Shown: positions 1 to 20,350 of the stretch, piece after piece
How the letters are laid out: each line of letters opens with the position of its first letter
Numbering within the stretch: position 1 is the first letter of the stretch
Source: the human T2T-CHM13v2.0 reference genome, Homo sapiens
Length of the DNA: 64,000 nt
Assembly (NCBI RefSeq): GCF_009914755.1
Contig: NC_060932.1
Strand: one strand, 5' to 3'
Notes under the pieces: generated by a model
Seen by the model: only the letters and a program-made list of their open reading frames with translations
Database searches by the model: none
Told to the model about the DNA's origin: nothing
Translations under genes and position numbers: made by a program

Positions 1-1864
1 GTGGCCGTCTGGGTTTGCAGCATAGTGCTGCCTTCTAGGAGTTGTGCAGTCTTCGATTGTGTGAAACTTCACCTGGCTGATTTGTGGCAATGCCTCCACA
101 AATTCGCTAAATTCAGTAGCTTTTGCCTTCCAAGATTCATTTACACAATGTTGAATGCTTTAAATGAATGAGCATGAAGAGTGCTGGGCTGGAAAGTGAT
201 GAGATGGGTGGTAGGGACTCCTCGGAGTAGAGGAGTAGAGTTTTACTATTATGACTAGGAGGCAAATAAAAAGAAGCTGAACGTGATCCATAATAAAAGA
301 AGCACACACTCACAGAGCTCCATACCAACTACATTAAAATGGAAATCATGATATTTGGAAATACAACTTAATTGGAAATCATTAAGTAATCTCATCAACC
401 TTTTTACAGTGGGTGGCAGGGCTATGGAGGGAAAACAGCAATGGTTCTGGCACCTACTTAACTTGATTCCATTAAATTCACCCAACAGGCCTCCAGAGAA
501 CATATTACTGCTTTGATATTACAAAGGGAAAAACAGCTATGGCGTCTCTGAAAAGCACAACGTGCTAGGACTGGAATGACTTTAAAACCACACATAAATT
601 TCTGAGAGATTTTTGCCATAAGGTACCATCCACCTTACTGTAAACCACATCCTAAAATTGTCTGCAGTGCAAATGGATTATGTGCATCCAACAGGAAACA
701 GCATAGGTTGAGAAGCTGTTACTTAATAGCTTCATTGTCACCACGAGTGTAAAGTGTGGGGTCTCATCACTTTTGCACCCACGTTTTGCCTGTTGGTTTC
801 TCCACACTGTCAGGAGCATTTGACCAACTCACTGTGGCTCAGGGTCCCTTACGCAGCCTGTTGGGGAAACCAGTGGGTATTGAAGACCTGCCTCTGGTGT
901 GCCAGGACGTTGTGCCTGCCGGCCACTCTGACTTGCGATCTTCCGCCTCAGTGTATGGCTTCCTACACCTGGGTAATTAACATTGCCAGCATGATAAGGA
1001 GGTCCTTTCATCACTATTGCCACTAGTCCTTCCGACTCCTGTGCCCTGTTTCTCCTTTATTGGAACCCAAGAACGAGTAAACATAGCATTTTCAAACATC
1101 CCGCCCCCTTCCCTGGTAACACCAATATTCCACCATCCTAATTCCCTCACAAGCATTCAGTCTCTCCACCCTGAGGTGGTGAAATCCCTGCAGGCATTTA
1201 TAAGTATACCTGGACAGAAGAAATACAAGATACCGTTCTATTAACTCAATATAGTGTTGCTAAGTTCGTACTTGTGCTTGGTTTATTTTATTTTATAAAT
1301 ACGTATCACTCGCATGGTTCCAAATGCGGTAGGCACAGAGAGTATATATGATGGAATTACATCCTCCTTCCCTGCACTCAGCAACCGAGATCTTCCCGCT
1401 ACGGGCACTCAAAGGTTTCATTGTCTGAAATATCAGCCTAAACGTAGTTTATGTTTAGGAAGCAACAACCGTAAATGGGCCCACATCCAAACGGAGTGGA
1501 TTTAGGTTTCACTTTTTCAAGGAAAAACCATCAAAGAATTTTTCCACATACTTATAAACCATCCCACGTATAGAATCCATTTTTACTGACACAAATTTAG
1601 TACCAATAAACGACTCTTCTTCTCAATTTGTTTTATTTAACAATAAGTCTTGAACGTCATTCCCAGTTAACATTTTGAAGAGTTTCCTCTCTTTCGTTCT
1701 GTTTTAGCTGCAAAGTATTCTTCCGTAAGGATGAACGTACTATAATTTATTAGCCAGCCACTTAGTGATGTACAATTAAGCAGTTTTAAATCTTTGACTC
1801 TTGAAAATATTGTTTCTCACACATAAATATTTCTATAAAATAAATTAGTTGAATTAGAATTGTT

Positions 1865-2077
1865 GGAGTTCAAGACCAGCCTGGCCAACATGGTGAAACC
1901 CCATCTCTACTAGAAACACAAAATTAGCCGGACATGCCGGTACATGCCTCTAATCTCAGGTGAGGCAGGAGAATCACTTCAACCTGGGAGGCAGAGGTTG
2001 TAGTGACTCGAAATCACGCCACTGCACTCCAGCCTGGGCGACGCGAGCGAAACTCTGTCTCAAAAAACCAAAAAAAA
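1865..2077 (+). mobile_element. 5'-truncated Alu (AluS-like); second copy at +12189
   Basis: GGAGTTCAAGACCAGCCTGGCCAACATGGTGAAACCCC...CACTGCACTCCAGCCTGGGCGAC followed by an A tail. Confidence 0.9.
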
Positions 2078-2079
2078 TT

Positions 2080-2950
2080 AAACATAAAAAGAAAAGCGGT
2101 ACATATACCCAATAGAACACAATTCAGCCTTAAAAAAGAAAGAAATCATCTCATTGGCAACACGAATGAGCCTAGAGGATGGTACACTGAGTGAAAGAAA
2201 GCAAAGGCCAGGCACGGTGGCTCATGCCTGTAATCCCAGTACTTTGGGAGGCCAAGGCAGGTGGAAGCGTTGAGCCCAGGAGTTGGAGATGAACCTGGGC
2301 AACATGGTGAAACCCCATCTCTAAAAGAAACACAAAAATTAGCCAAGTGTGGCGTTGGACGCCTGTAGTCCTAGCTATTCAGGAGGCTGAAGCGGGAGGA
2401 ACTCTCGACCCTGGGAGGTGGAGGCCGTGGTGAGTGAGCCGTGTTTGTGTCACTGTTCTCCAGCCTGGGTGACAGACTGAGACCCTGTCTCAAAAAATAA
2501 ATAATTACATAATAAAGATTTAAAAAGCAAGCACAAAAAGACAAATACTGCATGATCTCACTTATATGTGCAATCTCAAACAATGCAACTCATAGCTGTA
2601 GAGAGCAGAACGGTGGTTACCCGAGGCAGGGGTCAGGGAGGGACTGGAGAGATGATAGTCTCATGATACAAAATTTCAGAGAGGAATGGTTCTAGAGATC
2701 TATTGAACAGCCTGGCATCTACAGTGTATAACTATGTATTGTATACTTGAAAATTGCTATAAGAGTAGATTTTAGACATGTCCTCATCACATTAAAATCA
2801 GTATGTGAGGAAACGAGTGTGTTAATTAGCTTGATTTTGTCATTCCACAATGTATACACATATGAAACATCATGTTGTATGCCATAAATATATATAATTT
2901 TTATTTGTCAAGTTAAAATTAAAATTCATATAAATTATAAAAATAAAATG
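2080..2950 (+). mobile_element. Old L1M (L1MA/MB-type) 3' end, split by an Alu; second copy at +12189
   Basis: AAAGACAAATACTGCATGATCTCACTTATATGTG...GAAAATTGCTATAAGAGTAGATTTT, typical of an L1M 3'UTR. Confidence 0.75.
2206..2505 (+). mobile_element. Full-length Alu (AluJ-like); second copy at 14395-14694
   Basis: GGCCAGGCACGGTGGCTCATGCCTGTAATCCCAG...TTGAGCCCAGGAGTT...GAGACCCTGTCTCAAAAAA. Confidence 0.9.
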
Positions 2951-3464
2951 AAATAACATACACTACAAAAGACGTTTATTTATTAAATCCCCACAGAAGG
3001 GGTCTAAGTGATAAAGGAAAATAAAATTCCGGGAACGGTAAAATCAATCAGAAATGCCCTACTTCAGTGCTTTCCGAAATTTGTCTGACAGAGTGGAAAT
3101 CCAGTTTTTCACTAAGTCACTGTTCTGGAACAGTTTGTGTGTGTGTATGTATGTGTGTGAGGGCTCACATACACAAATTGAACTAATGGAAGTGTAAGCA
3201 TTCAAATTATCAGTTTAATTTAGTTCTATACATATACACACACACACACTCACACACCGAAAACATTGATAAAATCAGCCATTCCAGCAAAACTAGCTAC
3301 TTAGTGTCTATCTCTCCTTGAAGATTCAAACTAGAAATGAGGATTTAGAGAGGCATGATGGTTCGTTCTCTCTTGGAGCCCAGTTCGAAGTTGACTGACT
3401 GATTCAGTCATTGTAATTGGTTGGTCTTGGGGAAGAATCCACTTTGACTCTTGGGAAGTCAGCT

Positions 3465-3810
3465 AGGTCAGCGGACAGAGCAGGGGCTCTGGAGCCAGAC
3501 TGCCTGCACCCGACTTCTAGCTATGATACCTTGGATAAACTACTTATCACCTGGGCTTCAGGTTCCTCATCTGTAAAATGGGGATAAGAATGCTATCTCT
3601 CTCACAACTATTAGGAGGACTGACTGGGTTAATACGTGCAAAGTACCAAGTACATAAGAAACCAACAGCCAGTGCTCATTACAATCATTATTATTTTGGG
3701 CAAGTTAAGCCGCATGGTTTCTTTAGGTATAAAATTAGGCTTTATTTACCTACCTGTTGGGTTGTTCCAAGGATTAATCACATAGTGTTCATGAATTCCC
3801 TTTATAAACT
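3465..3810 (+). mobile_element. MIR elements; second copy at +12189
   Basis: MIR core TTCCTCATCTGTAAAATGGGGATAA and CTCTGGAGCCAGACTGCCTG. Confidence 0.75.
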
Positions 3811-3925
3811 ATTATACAAAAGAAATATAGTTAACATTAATTGAACACCTACTATGTGCGATCGTTTTAAGGCTTGCCATGTGCTGCTTCATTCAGTCCG
3901 CACCATGACATTAGGATCACACTTT

Positions 3926-7596
<3,671 letters not shown>

Positions 7597-7839
7597 GATC
7601 ACACTTTAAAGACCAAAAGGTAGAAGCGCAAAGACGTTATCTGTCCAATATTACAAACCTAGTAAGTGGTGGAATTTGGCCTTGAACCCAGATCTGTAAC
7701 TCCAGAGCCGAAGTGCTTCACCCACCTCCCTGTGGTGCCTCTACAGAAAAAGAGGTAAGCAGGCATTCCGAAAGCTGGTGGGCCGGGGGGCTGGCCTTGT
7801 ACTCAGAAGCCATGGAAGTCCCACGTGGGGTGGCTAGTG

Positions 7840-8040
7840 GTGTAAGGACAGAGGTCTCGGATGGGCAGAGGGATGTGGACAGGCGCGAGGGCGCGCGGCA
7901 GGGACTCGGGGGACTGGGAGTGGCGGCTCGGGGCTGCGGGAGGCGATTGGTGGAAGGACAGAGGTCTGGGAGGGGCAGAGGGATGTGGACAGGCCCGAGG
8001 GGCCGCGGCAGGGATTCCGGGGGACCGGGAGTGGGGGGTT
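7840..8040. repeat. Two diverged ~110-bp G-rich tandem copies downstream of the stop codon (also ~20030-20230)
   Basis: AAGGACAGAGGTCT...GGGCAGAGGGATGTGGACAGGC at 7844 and 7954. Confidence 0.8.
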
Positions 8041-8160
8041 GGGGTTACTCTTGGCTTTTTGCCCTCTCCTGCCGCCGGCTGCTCCAGTTTCTTTCGCTTT
8101 GCGGCGAGGTGGGCAGGGTGAGCTCTCGGGACTGATGGCGGTTTTGGAAGAGGCCTGGGG

Positions 8161-10188
8161 CTAAGGACAGGCCAGGGCGGCGGGAGAGGCGGACCGGTGG
8201 CGTGGCTGGATCTGGGCGCGCTGTCGGACCTTCCACATCACCAGCTGCAGGCAGGCGTTTGCGTCCTCGCTGGAGTTGTGGCCGTCCTGGCTGTCCTGGA
8301 TGATCTGTGCCAGGTAGTCGGCCGCGAGATTCCTGAGGGAGCGCTTGTAGGGGAAACCCAGGTAGTGCGGGAAGAGCACGGCCGTGTCCACCACGGTGCT
8401 GTGGATGAGCTTCAGGGCCAGCAGGTCGCTCTCCAGGCTGTGCCCGATGAGGATGGTTTGGGCGCTGAAAAAGCTCAGCAGGATGGCTTGGACTTGGGGC
8501 AACGTGATGCTCGTCTTGGCGACGTCGGCCTCGGTGACTCCGGAAAACCTGGTGTTGTAGTCCACGATCTCGTTGTCGGGCTTGACGAAGGTGTCGTACA
8601 CCACTCGCATGTCGGCGTCCACCACGGTGACGCGGGTCAGCTCTAGGCCATGCGTGGTGTAGCACATCTCACAGTCCAAGGCGTAGATTCCTGGATAAGC
8701 GTCTCTGGACAACTCTTTCTTGAAGGTCTCCACGAAGCCATCGAGGCTCTCCTTGCGGCCGTCCCGCACGTGCTGCTTTGCCACCTGGCAGCCCACAGAG
8801 CCAGGAGCAGCTGCACAGCAGGTGTACTGGCTAACCCGGCCTCCAGCCACCTGGCTCGAGCGGACCCGCCCCCAGTGATAATAACACAACTGGTCGCGTA
8901 CACAGCGGCCCGAGGAGGACACCAGGTACTCGGTGCCACAACGGCAGCAGACCCTGCAGGAGGAGTCGCCGGGCCCCTTCCCCTGGCCAGTGAAGAGGAC
9001 GGCGCCTCCGGGCCGCTCGGGGTGCGGGAAGGGGTAGCCGTTCTCCTTGAGCTGGTCCTGGGTGAGCAGGAACTCCTGGAGGCGGCTGTACAGGGCGGCC
9101 CTGCTGAGGCCGGGCATGGAGCTGGGGGTCAGGCCCTTCAGTCTCTTGAGGGTGTTCAGGACCACGTTCAGGTACCTGTTCTTGTTGGGGCTGCAGTCGT
9201 AGGCCACCTTCTCCTCGTTCAGCGCCTTCTCCTCGGCCTCCTGCTTGGAGGCGCAGAACTTGAGACACTCTTCGGTGAACAGTTGGAGATAGCCTCGGCG
9301 GAGGACGGTGGGGACTTGGCACCCAGAGCTTCGGAGGATAATGGGTTTCTTCAAACTCAAACTCGGTAAGGATGCACGACGGACGATTCGCTTAGAGCTG
9401 GTGGTGGCGGTGGTCTTGCATGCCATCCCTGACCTGTTGCGCGTCTTCCCTGGCTGTCTGCCGACCTTGGAGCCACGGGAGCGTTGGCTGCTGCTGGCCA
9501 CCCGGGTTCTCTTGGCATCTGTGTAACCTGTGACCAAGCAAGGGCTGGAAGAGTGGGCGATCGTCTTCCTCTTCCTGGGGGCTGAGATGCGGACTCCCGA
9601 GGGCCTCTCTGTCAGCCTTGGGGCGGCTGGCAAGCGGCAGGCCGATCCCCTCTGCGCAGGGAAGTAGCACGACTCCGTCACCATCTTGGGCCACGCTGGG
9701 GGCACCGCCGGACCCCTGTTCTGGGGCTCCGCCTGGATGTCCACAAATGCTGAGGCCTGCTTGTGCATCTGGGGCACCCAGAGCCCGAAGCTCTGGGCAG
9801 GCTGATGAGAGGGCAGTGGGAATTCTGGAGCCTCGAGGGCCGCCTCCTCGGCCACCTTCTTAGCTTCTGGGTATCCAGGTGGGAACCAGCAGGGAGCTGT
9901 GGCTCGCAACATCTTGCTGCCTTCGGGAGCACCGGCCGGGCTCTGCTCCGCTCCCAAATGGCGGCTTGCCTCCGGGGCCGCCTCCTTGGCCACCTTCTTA
10001 GCTTCTGGGTATCCAGGGCGGAACCAGCAGGGAGCTGTGGCTCGCAACATCTTGCTGCCTTCGGGAGCACCGGCCTGGCTCTGCTCCCCTCCCAAATGGC
10101 GGCTTGCCTCCAGGGCCGCCTCCTCGGCCACCTTCTTAGCTTCTGGGTATCCAGGGGGGAACCAGCAGGGAGCTGTGGCTCGCAACAT
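8161..10188 (-). CDS. REXO1L1: REXO1-like exonuclease GOR, 675 aa, intronless retrogene (internal array copy)
   Basis: Open ORF from the first ATG ([10 protein letters not shown], 10188) to TAG. DEDDh motifs [14 protein letters not shown] and GHNSSEDA are present, plus a Cys/His-rich REXO1-type segment (CRVCCRCG...CYYHWG). The ORF-track start at 10233 is a TTG. The exact paralog number cannot be assigned. Confidence 0.92.
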   Translation of the reverse strand: MLRATAPCWFPPGYPEAKKVAEEAALEASRHLGGEQSQAGAPEGSKMLRATAPCWFRPGYPEAKKVAKEAAPEASRHLGAEQSPAGAPEGSKMLRATAPCWFPPGYPEAKKVAEEAALEAPEFPLPSHQPAQSFGLWVPQMHKQASAFVDIQAEPQNRGPAVPPAWPKMVTESCYFPAQRGSACRLPAAPRLTERPSGVRISAPRKRKTIAHSSSPCLVTGYTDAKRTRVASSSQRSRGSKVGRQPGKTRNRSGMACKTTATTSSKRIVRRASLPSLSLKKPIILRSSGCQVPTVLRRGYLQLFTEECLKFCASKQEAEEKALNEEKVAYDCSPNKNRYLNVVLNTLKRLKGLTPSSMPGLSRAALYSRLQEFLLTQDQLKENGYPFPHPERPGGAVLFTGQGKGPGDSSCRVCCRCGTEYLVSSSGRCVRDQLCYYHWGRVRSSQVAGGRVSQYTCCAAAPGSVGCQVAKQHVRDGRKESLDGFVETFKKELSRDAYPGIYALDCEMCYTTHGLELTRVTVVDADMRVVYDTFVKPDNEIVDYNTRFSGVTEADVAKTSITLPQVQAILLSFFSAQTILIGHSLESDLLALKLIHSTVVDTAVLFPHYLGFPYKRSLRNLAADYLAQIIQDSQDGHNSSEDANACLQLVMWKVRQRAQIQPRHRSASPAALACP

Positions 10189-10243
10189 CTTGCTGCCTTC
10201 GGGAGCACCGGCCTGGCTCTGCTCCTCTCCCAACTGGCGGCTT
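9831..10243 (-). repeat. Three tandem 138-bp (46-codon) repeats spanning the 5'UTR and N-terminus
   Basis: Units start at 9831, 9969 and 10107. Peptide [25 protein letters not shown] occurs three times, with ATGs at 10188, 10050 and 9912. Confidence 0.96.
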
Positions 10244-10273
10244 CAATGAGTGCTGCGGCCGCCACTTGTCGCC

Positions 10274-10340
10274 TTTATATAGGCACAGGGCAGACTGGGT
10301 GGGACTTCTCCTTGATAGGTTGGTGCTTCAGTCCAATCAC
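10274..10340 (-). promoter_or_regulatory. Core promoter of copy 1: TATATAAA (10274-10281), GGGTGGG box and CCAAT
   Basis: Plus-strand TTTATATAGG reads CCTATATAAA on minus, ~90 bp upstream of the first ATG. It is conserved in the diverged terminal copy. Confidence 0.7.
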
Positions 10341-10726
10341 ACTGAGCCTCATCTTCCACCAGACTCCAGCTTGGGAATGCCTCAGGGGGTGCGCTAATGG
10401 AATCAACTGGAACTCCCGGTTGCTAAACTTGGAGCTAGGTTGCTTTTCCTGAGTTAAGTAACTGTCCCTGCAGGGCAGTCCTATAATGGCTACTGGAATT
10501 GGGCTACCTAGGATTAAATTAAGGTTCAGGGAGGTTGGTCAACTTGCTTGGGCCCACACAGCACCCCTTGGAGCCAGGACTGGGCCAGCAGTCTGCTGCA
10601 TGCTGGAGGGCGGGATCCCTCTGGGGCTGCCTTTCCCTGCTCTGTGCACTCCGCCGCTGCGGGCAAATTGAGGACAGGAAGCGGACCGCACCCACTTCTC
10701 TCCCAGGACTTGGGCAATGTTCAACA

Positions 10727-11612
10727 CAGGTGGTCTTCCAAAGGTTCATAGAAAATGCACATGGTGAAGAAACTATGCATGGATTTCCACTGGTTTGCAC
10801 TAAAATAAACTTGTCCTAACTTCTGATAACCTTTCTGAACTAGATCTAGTTTGAGGCACTAAGAAGGATGAGACATCCACTGAAAAGGACTCCCATCAGA
10901 GCAACATGAATTCCACGAAAATTGCAGCAAGAGGAAACATCAAATTTATGGTGAAGCTTGGGTGGAAGATTGAAGAAATCATTGACGTTTTAAGAAAAGC
11001 TTGTAAGGACACTACCCCAAAGAAATGAACTCTTTACGAATGTATAGCTTGTTTCAAGAAGAGGTGAGAAGATGTGGAAGATGAATCCTGCAGTGGCTGT
11101 GAAAACCACTGTGCCCAGATCAGCTGCATTTACGACGAGAGCTATCAGTGGAAATTTTAAACAGGAGGGATCACGATCCTGACGCATCCCTCTGACAAAT
11201 TGTAAGCGGCAGTTGGAGCATGGCTTCACCAATATGATCGCCAAGGCAAAGCATCATGAAAGCGATGGCTACCAAGAGGTGGCAGTGGTCCAGTCAAAGG
11301 AAAAGGAGGCCAGTCAGGAGCCCACATCATGGCATCAGTGTTTTGGGACACTCAAGGCATTTTGCTTGTTGACTTTCTGAAAGGCCAAACATCTGCTTAT
11401 TAGGAGAGTGTTCTGAGAAGCTTAGATAAAGCTTTGGTAGAAACATGCTGGGAAAGTCTCACTAGATCCTTGTTCACCACATCAATGCTCTGCTCATTCC
11501 TCTCATCAAACAAGGGCAATTTTGTCAGTTTCAATGGGCAGTCCTTAGGAATTCACCTTACGGGCTGCTTTCATTCCTTCTAAATTCTTTTTGTTTCCTA
11601 ATGATAAAAAGT
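10727..11612 (+). mobile_element. HSMAR2 mariner remnant, internally deleted and 3'-truncated
   Basis: GATCTAGTTTGAGGCACTAAGAAGGAT...CAGAGCAACATGAATTC...ATCAAATTTATGGTGAAGCTTGGGTGG and GGCTACCAAGAGGTGGCAGTGGTCCAGTCAAAG match the recalled HSMAR2 consensus. Confidence 0.85.
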
Positions 11613-11673
11613 CTCCTTGCCTTGCTTGGAAAGATGAGAGAAAGTCTCCTTGCCTTGTTTGGACAGATGAGAG
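11608..11673. repeat. 33-bp tandem duplication at the HSMAR2 truncation point
   Basis: AAAGTCTCCTTGCCTTG(C/T)TTGGA(A/C)AGATGAGAG twice. Confidence 0.85.
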
Positions 11674-14600
11674 ATGAGATCCTCCTCTTCTCTCCCAGGA
11701 CAGAATGGTGAGACTTGAGTTTCCTTTCTCCTCACTCTTCTCCTCCTTGAGGGAGCTGCTGTGCCGGACAGACCTGCCCCCGTGTCTAGACACTGGTAGA
11801 CTCGTTTAAGTTCCTCACAGGCAATCCTCCATGGGGTCAAAGTGGAAGGACTTATTTCTTCAGGGCTCAGTAGTCCACATCCTGGCGCGCACCTTCACCA
11901 GCCCAGGGCGGGGTAGAGGAGGGTGAAAGGGCGTGGCTCAGAGCCCGCTTCTTCCGCTCGGGCGTATCCTGGGAGGAACCCTTGTCCGGTGAGCATGTCT
12001 TCGTCTCTACCAAATTCCCTAGTGGGACATTTCTGGCAGCCCTACTTGTTCAGCAGCTTACGGGGGTCAGGTGGACCTCTGCTAGTCACCAGCCTGAAGC
12101 CCTTTCTCCATTTCAGCTATTTTGGCAGTTGCCTAGGTGACTTTTGAACCTCATTATCCAGAACAGCAAACGGACGAGGGGTGAGAAGAGTGGCCGTCTG
12201 GGTTTGCAGCATAGTGCTGCCTTCTAGGAGTTGTGCAGTCTTCGATTGTGTGAAACTTCACCTGGCTGATTTGTGGCAATGCCTCCACAAATTCGCTAAA
12301 TTCAGTAGCTTTTGCCTTCCAAGATTCATTTACACAATGTTGAATGCTTTAAAGGAATGAGCATGAAGAGTGCTGGGCTGGAAAGTGATGAGATGGGTGG
12401 TAGGGACTCCTCGGAGTAGAGGAGTAGAGTTTTACTATTATGACTAGGAGGCAAATAAAAAGAAGCTGAACGTGATCCATAATAAAAGAAGCACACACTC
12501 ACAGAGCTCCATACCAACTACATTAAAATGGAAATCATGATATTTGGAAATACAACTTAATTGGAAATCATTAAGTAATCTCATCAACCTTTTTACAGTG
12601 GGTGGCAGGGCTATGGAGGGAAAACAGCAATGGTTCTGGCACCTACTTAACTTGATTCCATTAAATTCACCCAACAGGCCTCCAGAGAACATATTACTGC
12701 TTTGATATTACAAAGGGAAAAACAGCTATGGCGTCTCTGAAAAGCACAACGTGCTAGGACTGGAATGACTTTAAAACCACACATAAATTTCTGAGAGATT
12801 TTTGCCATAAGGTACCATCCACCTTACTGTAAACCACATCCTAAAATTGTCTGCAGTGCAAATGGATTATGTGCATCCAACAGGAAACAGCATAGGTTGA
12901 GAAGCTGTTACTTAATAGCTTCATTGTCACCACGAGTGTAAAGTGTGGGGTCTCATCACTTTTGCACCCACGTTTTGCCTGTTGGTTTCTCCACACTGTC
13001 AGGAGCATTTGACCAACTCACTGTGGCTCAGGGTCCCTTACGCAGCCTGTTGGGGAAACCAGTGGGTATTGAAGACCTGCCTCTGGTGTGCCAGGACGTT
13101 GTGCCTGCCGGCCACTCTGACTTGCGATCTTCCGCCTCAGTGTATGGCTTCCTACACCTGGGTAATTAACATTGCCAGCATGATAAGGAGGTCCTTTCAT
13201 CACTATTGCCACTAGTCCTTCCGACTCCTGTGCCCTGTTTCTCCTTTATTGGAACCCAAGAACGAGTAAACATAGCATTTTCAAACATCCCGCCCCCTTC
13301 CCTGGTAACACCAATATTCCACCATCCTAATTCCCTCACAAGCATTCAGTCTCTCCACCCTGAGGTGGTGAAATCCCTGCAGGCATTTATAAGTATACCT
13401 GGACAGAAGAAATACAAGATACCGTTCTATTAACTCAATATAGTGTTGCTAAGTTCGTACTTGTGCTTGGTTTATTTTATTTTATAAATACGTATCACTC
13501 GCATGGTTCCAAATGCGGTAGGCACAGAGAGTATATATGATGGAATTACATCCTCCTTCCCTGCACTCAGCAACCGAGATCTTCCCGCTACGGGCACTCA
13601 AAGGTTTCATTGTCTGAAATATCAGCCTAAACGTAGTTTATGTTTAGGAAGCAACAACCGTAAATGGGCCCACATCCAAACGGAGTGGATTTAGGTTTCA
13701 CTTTTTCAAGGAAAAACCATCAAAGAATTTTTCCACATACTTATAAACCATCCCACGTATAGAATCCATTTTTACTGACACAAATTTAGTACCAATAAAC
13801 GACTCTTCTTCTCAATTTGTTTTATTTAACAATAAGTCTTGAACGTCATTCCCAGTTAACATTTTGAAGAGTTTCCTCTCTTTCGTTCTGTTTTAGCTGC
13901 AAAGTATTCTTCCGTAAGGATGAACGTACTATAATTTATTAGCCAGCCACTTAGTGATGTACAATTAAGCAGTTTTAAATCTTTGACTCTTGAAAATATT
14001 GTTTCTCACACATAAATATTTCTATAAAATAAATTAGTTGAATTAGAATTGTTGGAGTTCAAGACCAGCCTGGCCAACATGGTGAAACCCCATCTCTACT
14101 AGAAACACAAAATTAGCCGGACATGCCGGTACATGCCTCTAATCTCAGGTGAGGCAGGAGAATCACTTCAACCTGGGAGGCAGAGGTTGTAGTGACTCGA
14201 AATCACGCCACTGCACTCCAGCCTGGGCGACGCGAGCGAAACTCTGTCTCAAAAAACCAAAAAAAATTAAACATAAAAAGAAAAGCGGTACATATACCCA
14301 ATAGAACACAATTCAGCCTTAAAAAAGAAAGAAATCATCTCATTGGCAACACGAATGAGCCTAGAGGATGGTACACTGAGTGAAAGAAAGCAAAGGCCAG
14401 GCACGGTGGCTCATGCCTGTAATCCCAGTACTTTGGGAGGCCAAGGCAGGTGGAAGCGTTGAGCCCAGGAGTTGGAGATGAACCTGGGCAACATGGTGAA
14501 ACCCCATCTCTAAAAGAAACACAAAAATTAGCCAAGTGTGGCGTTGGACGCCTGTAGTCCTAGCTATTCAGGAGGCTGAAGCGGGAGGAACTCTCGACCC

Positions 14601-16114
14601 CGGGAGGTGGAGGCCGTGGTGAGTGAGCCGTGTTTGTGTCACTGTTCTCCAGCCTGGGTGACAGACTGAGACCCTGTCTCAAAAAATAAATAATTACATA
14701 ATAAAGATTTAAAAAGCAAGCACAAAAAGACAAATACTGCATGATCTCACTTATATGTGCAATCTCAAACAATGCAACTCATAGCTGTAGAGAGCAGAAC
14801 GGTGGTTACCCGAGGCAGGGGTCAGGGAGGGACTGGAGAGATGATAGTCTCATGATACAAAATTTCAGAGAGGAATGGTTCTAGAGATCTATTGAACAGC
14901 CTGGCATCTACAGTGTATAAGTATGTATTGTATACTTGAAAATTGCTATAAGAGTAGATTTTAGACATGTCCTCATCACATTAAAATCAGTATGTGAGGA
15001 AACGAGTGTGTTAATTAGCTTGATTTTGTCATTCCACAATGTATACACATATGAAACATCATGTTGTATGCCATAAATATATATAATTTTTATTTGTCAA
15101 GTTAAAATTAAAATTCATATAAATTATAAAAATAAAATGAAATAACATACACTACAAAAGACGTTTATTTATTAAATCCCCACAGAAGGGGTCTAAGTGA
15201 TAAAGGAAAATAAAATTCCGGGAACGGTAAAATCAATCAGAAATGCCCTACTTCAGTGCTTTCCGAAATTTGTCTGACAGAGTGGAAATCCAGTTTTTCA
15301 CTAAGTCACTGTTCTGGAACAGTTTGTGTGTGTGTATGTATGTGTGTGAGGGCTCACATACACAAATTGAACTAATGGAAGTGTAAGCATTCAAATTATC
15401 AGTTTAATTTAGTTCTATACATATACACACACACACACTCACACACCGAAAACATTGATAAAATCAGCCATTCCAGCAAAACTAGCTACTTAGTGTCTAT
15501 CTCTCCTTGAAGATTCAAACTAGAAATGAGGATTTAGAGAGGCATGATGGTTCGTTCTCTCTTGGAGCCCAGTTCGAAGTTGACTGACTGATTCAGTCAT
15601 TGTAATTGGTTGGTCTTGGGGAAGAATCCACTTTGACTCTTGGGAAGTCAGCTAGGTCAGCGGACAGAGCAGGGGCTCTGGAGCCAGACTGCCTGCACCC
15701 GACTTCTAGCTATGATACCTTGGATAAACTACTTATCACCTGGGCTTCAGGTTCCTCATCTGTAAAATGGGGATAAGAATGCTATCTCTCTCACAACTAT
15801 TAGGAGGACTGACTGGGTTAATACGTGCAAAGTACCAAGTACATAAGAAACCAACAGCCAGTGCTCATTACAATCATTATTATTTTGGGCAAGTTAAGCC
15901 GCATGGTTTCTTTAGGTATAAAATTAGGCTTTATTTACCTACCTGTTGGGTTGTTCCAAGGATTAATCACATAGTGTTCATGAATTCCCTTTATAAACTA
16001 TTATACAAAAGAAATATAGTTAACATTAATTGAACACCTACTATGTGCGATCGTTTTAAGGCTTGCCATGTGCTGCTTCATTCAGTCCGCACCATGACAT
16101 TAGGATCACACTTT

Positions 16115-19786
<3,672 letters not shown>

Positions 19787-20350
19787 GATCACACTTTAAA
19801 GACCAAAAGGTAGAAGCGCAAAGACGTTATCTGTCCAATATTACAAACCTAGTAAGTGGTGGAATTTGGCCTTGAACCCAGATCTGTAACTCCAGAGCCG
19901 AAGTGCTTCACCCACCTCCCTGTGGTGCCTCTACAGAAAAAGAGGTAAGCAGGCATTCCGAAAGCTGGTGGGCCGGGGAGCTGGCCTTGTACTCAGAAGC
20001 CATGGAAGTCCCACGTGGGGTGGCTAGTGGTGTAAGGACAGAGGTCTCGGATGGGCAGAGGGATGTGAACACGCGCGAGGGCGCGCGGCAGGGACTCGGG
20101 GGACTGGGAGTGGCGGCTCGGAGCTGCGGGAGGCGATTGGTGGAAGGACAGAGGTCTGGGAGGGGCAGAGGGATGTGGACAGGCCCGAGGGGCCGCGGCA
20201 GGGATTCCGGGGGACCGGGAGTGGGGGGTTGGGGTTACTCTTGGCTTTTTGCCCTCTCCTGCCGCCGGCTGCTCCAGTTTCTTTCGCTTTGCGGCGAGGT
20301 GGGCAGGGTGAGCTCTCGGGACTGATGGCGGTTTTGGAAGAGGCCTGGGG

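Larger units (their letters stand above)
7850..10300. other. CpG island covering the gene body (repeated at ~20040-22200)
   Basis: Visibly high GC and CpG density compared with the AT-rich surroundings. Confidence 0.8.

Noticed and set aside
10189-10233. 15-aa N-terminal extension in the 690-aa ORF call
   Set aside because: It starts at TTG, which is not conserved in the terminal copy. The first ATG is at 10188.
9831-10243. Regularly spaced repeats beside a nuclease and a reverse transcriptase remnant, superficially CRISPR- or retron-like
   Set aside because: The repeats are contiguous coding duplications without unique spacers, the RT is a dead L1 ORF2, and the context is primate genomic DNA.
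8045-10452. Long alternative-frame and antisense ORFs over the REXO1L gene (206, 239, 229, 195, 163 aa, and copies at +12190)
   Set aside because: Shadows of a GC-rich CDS and of the in-frame 138-bp repeats, with no recognisable domains.
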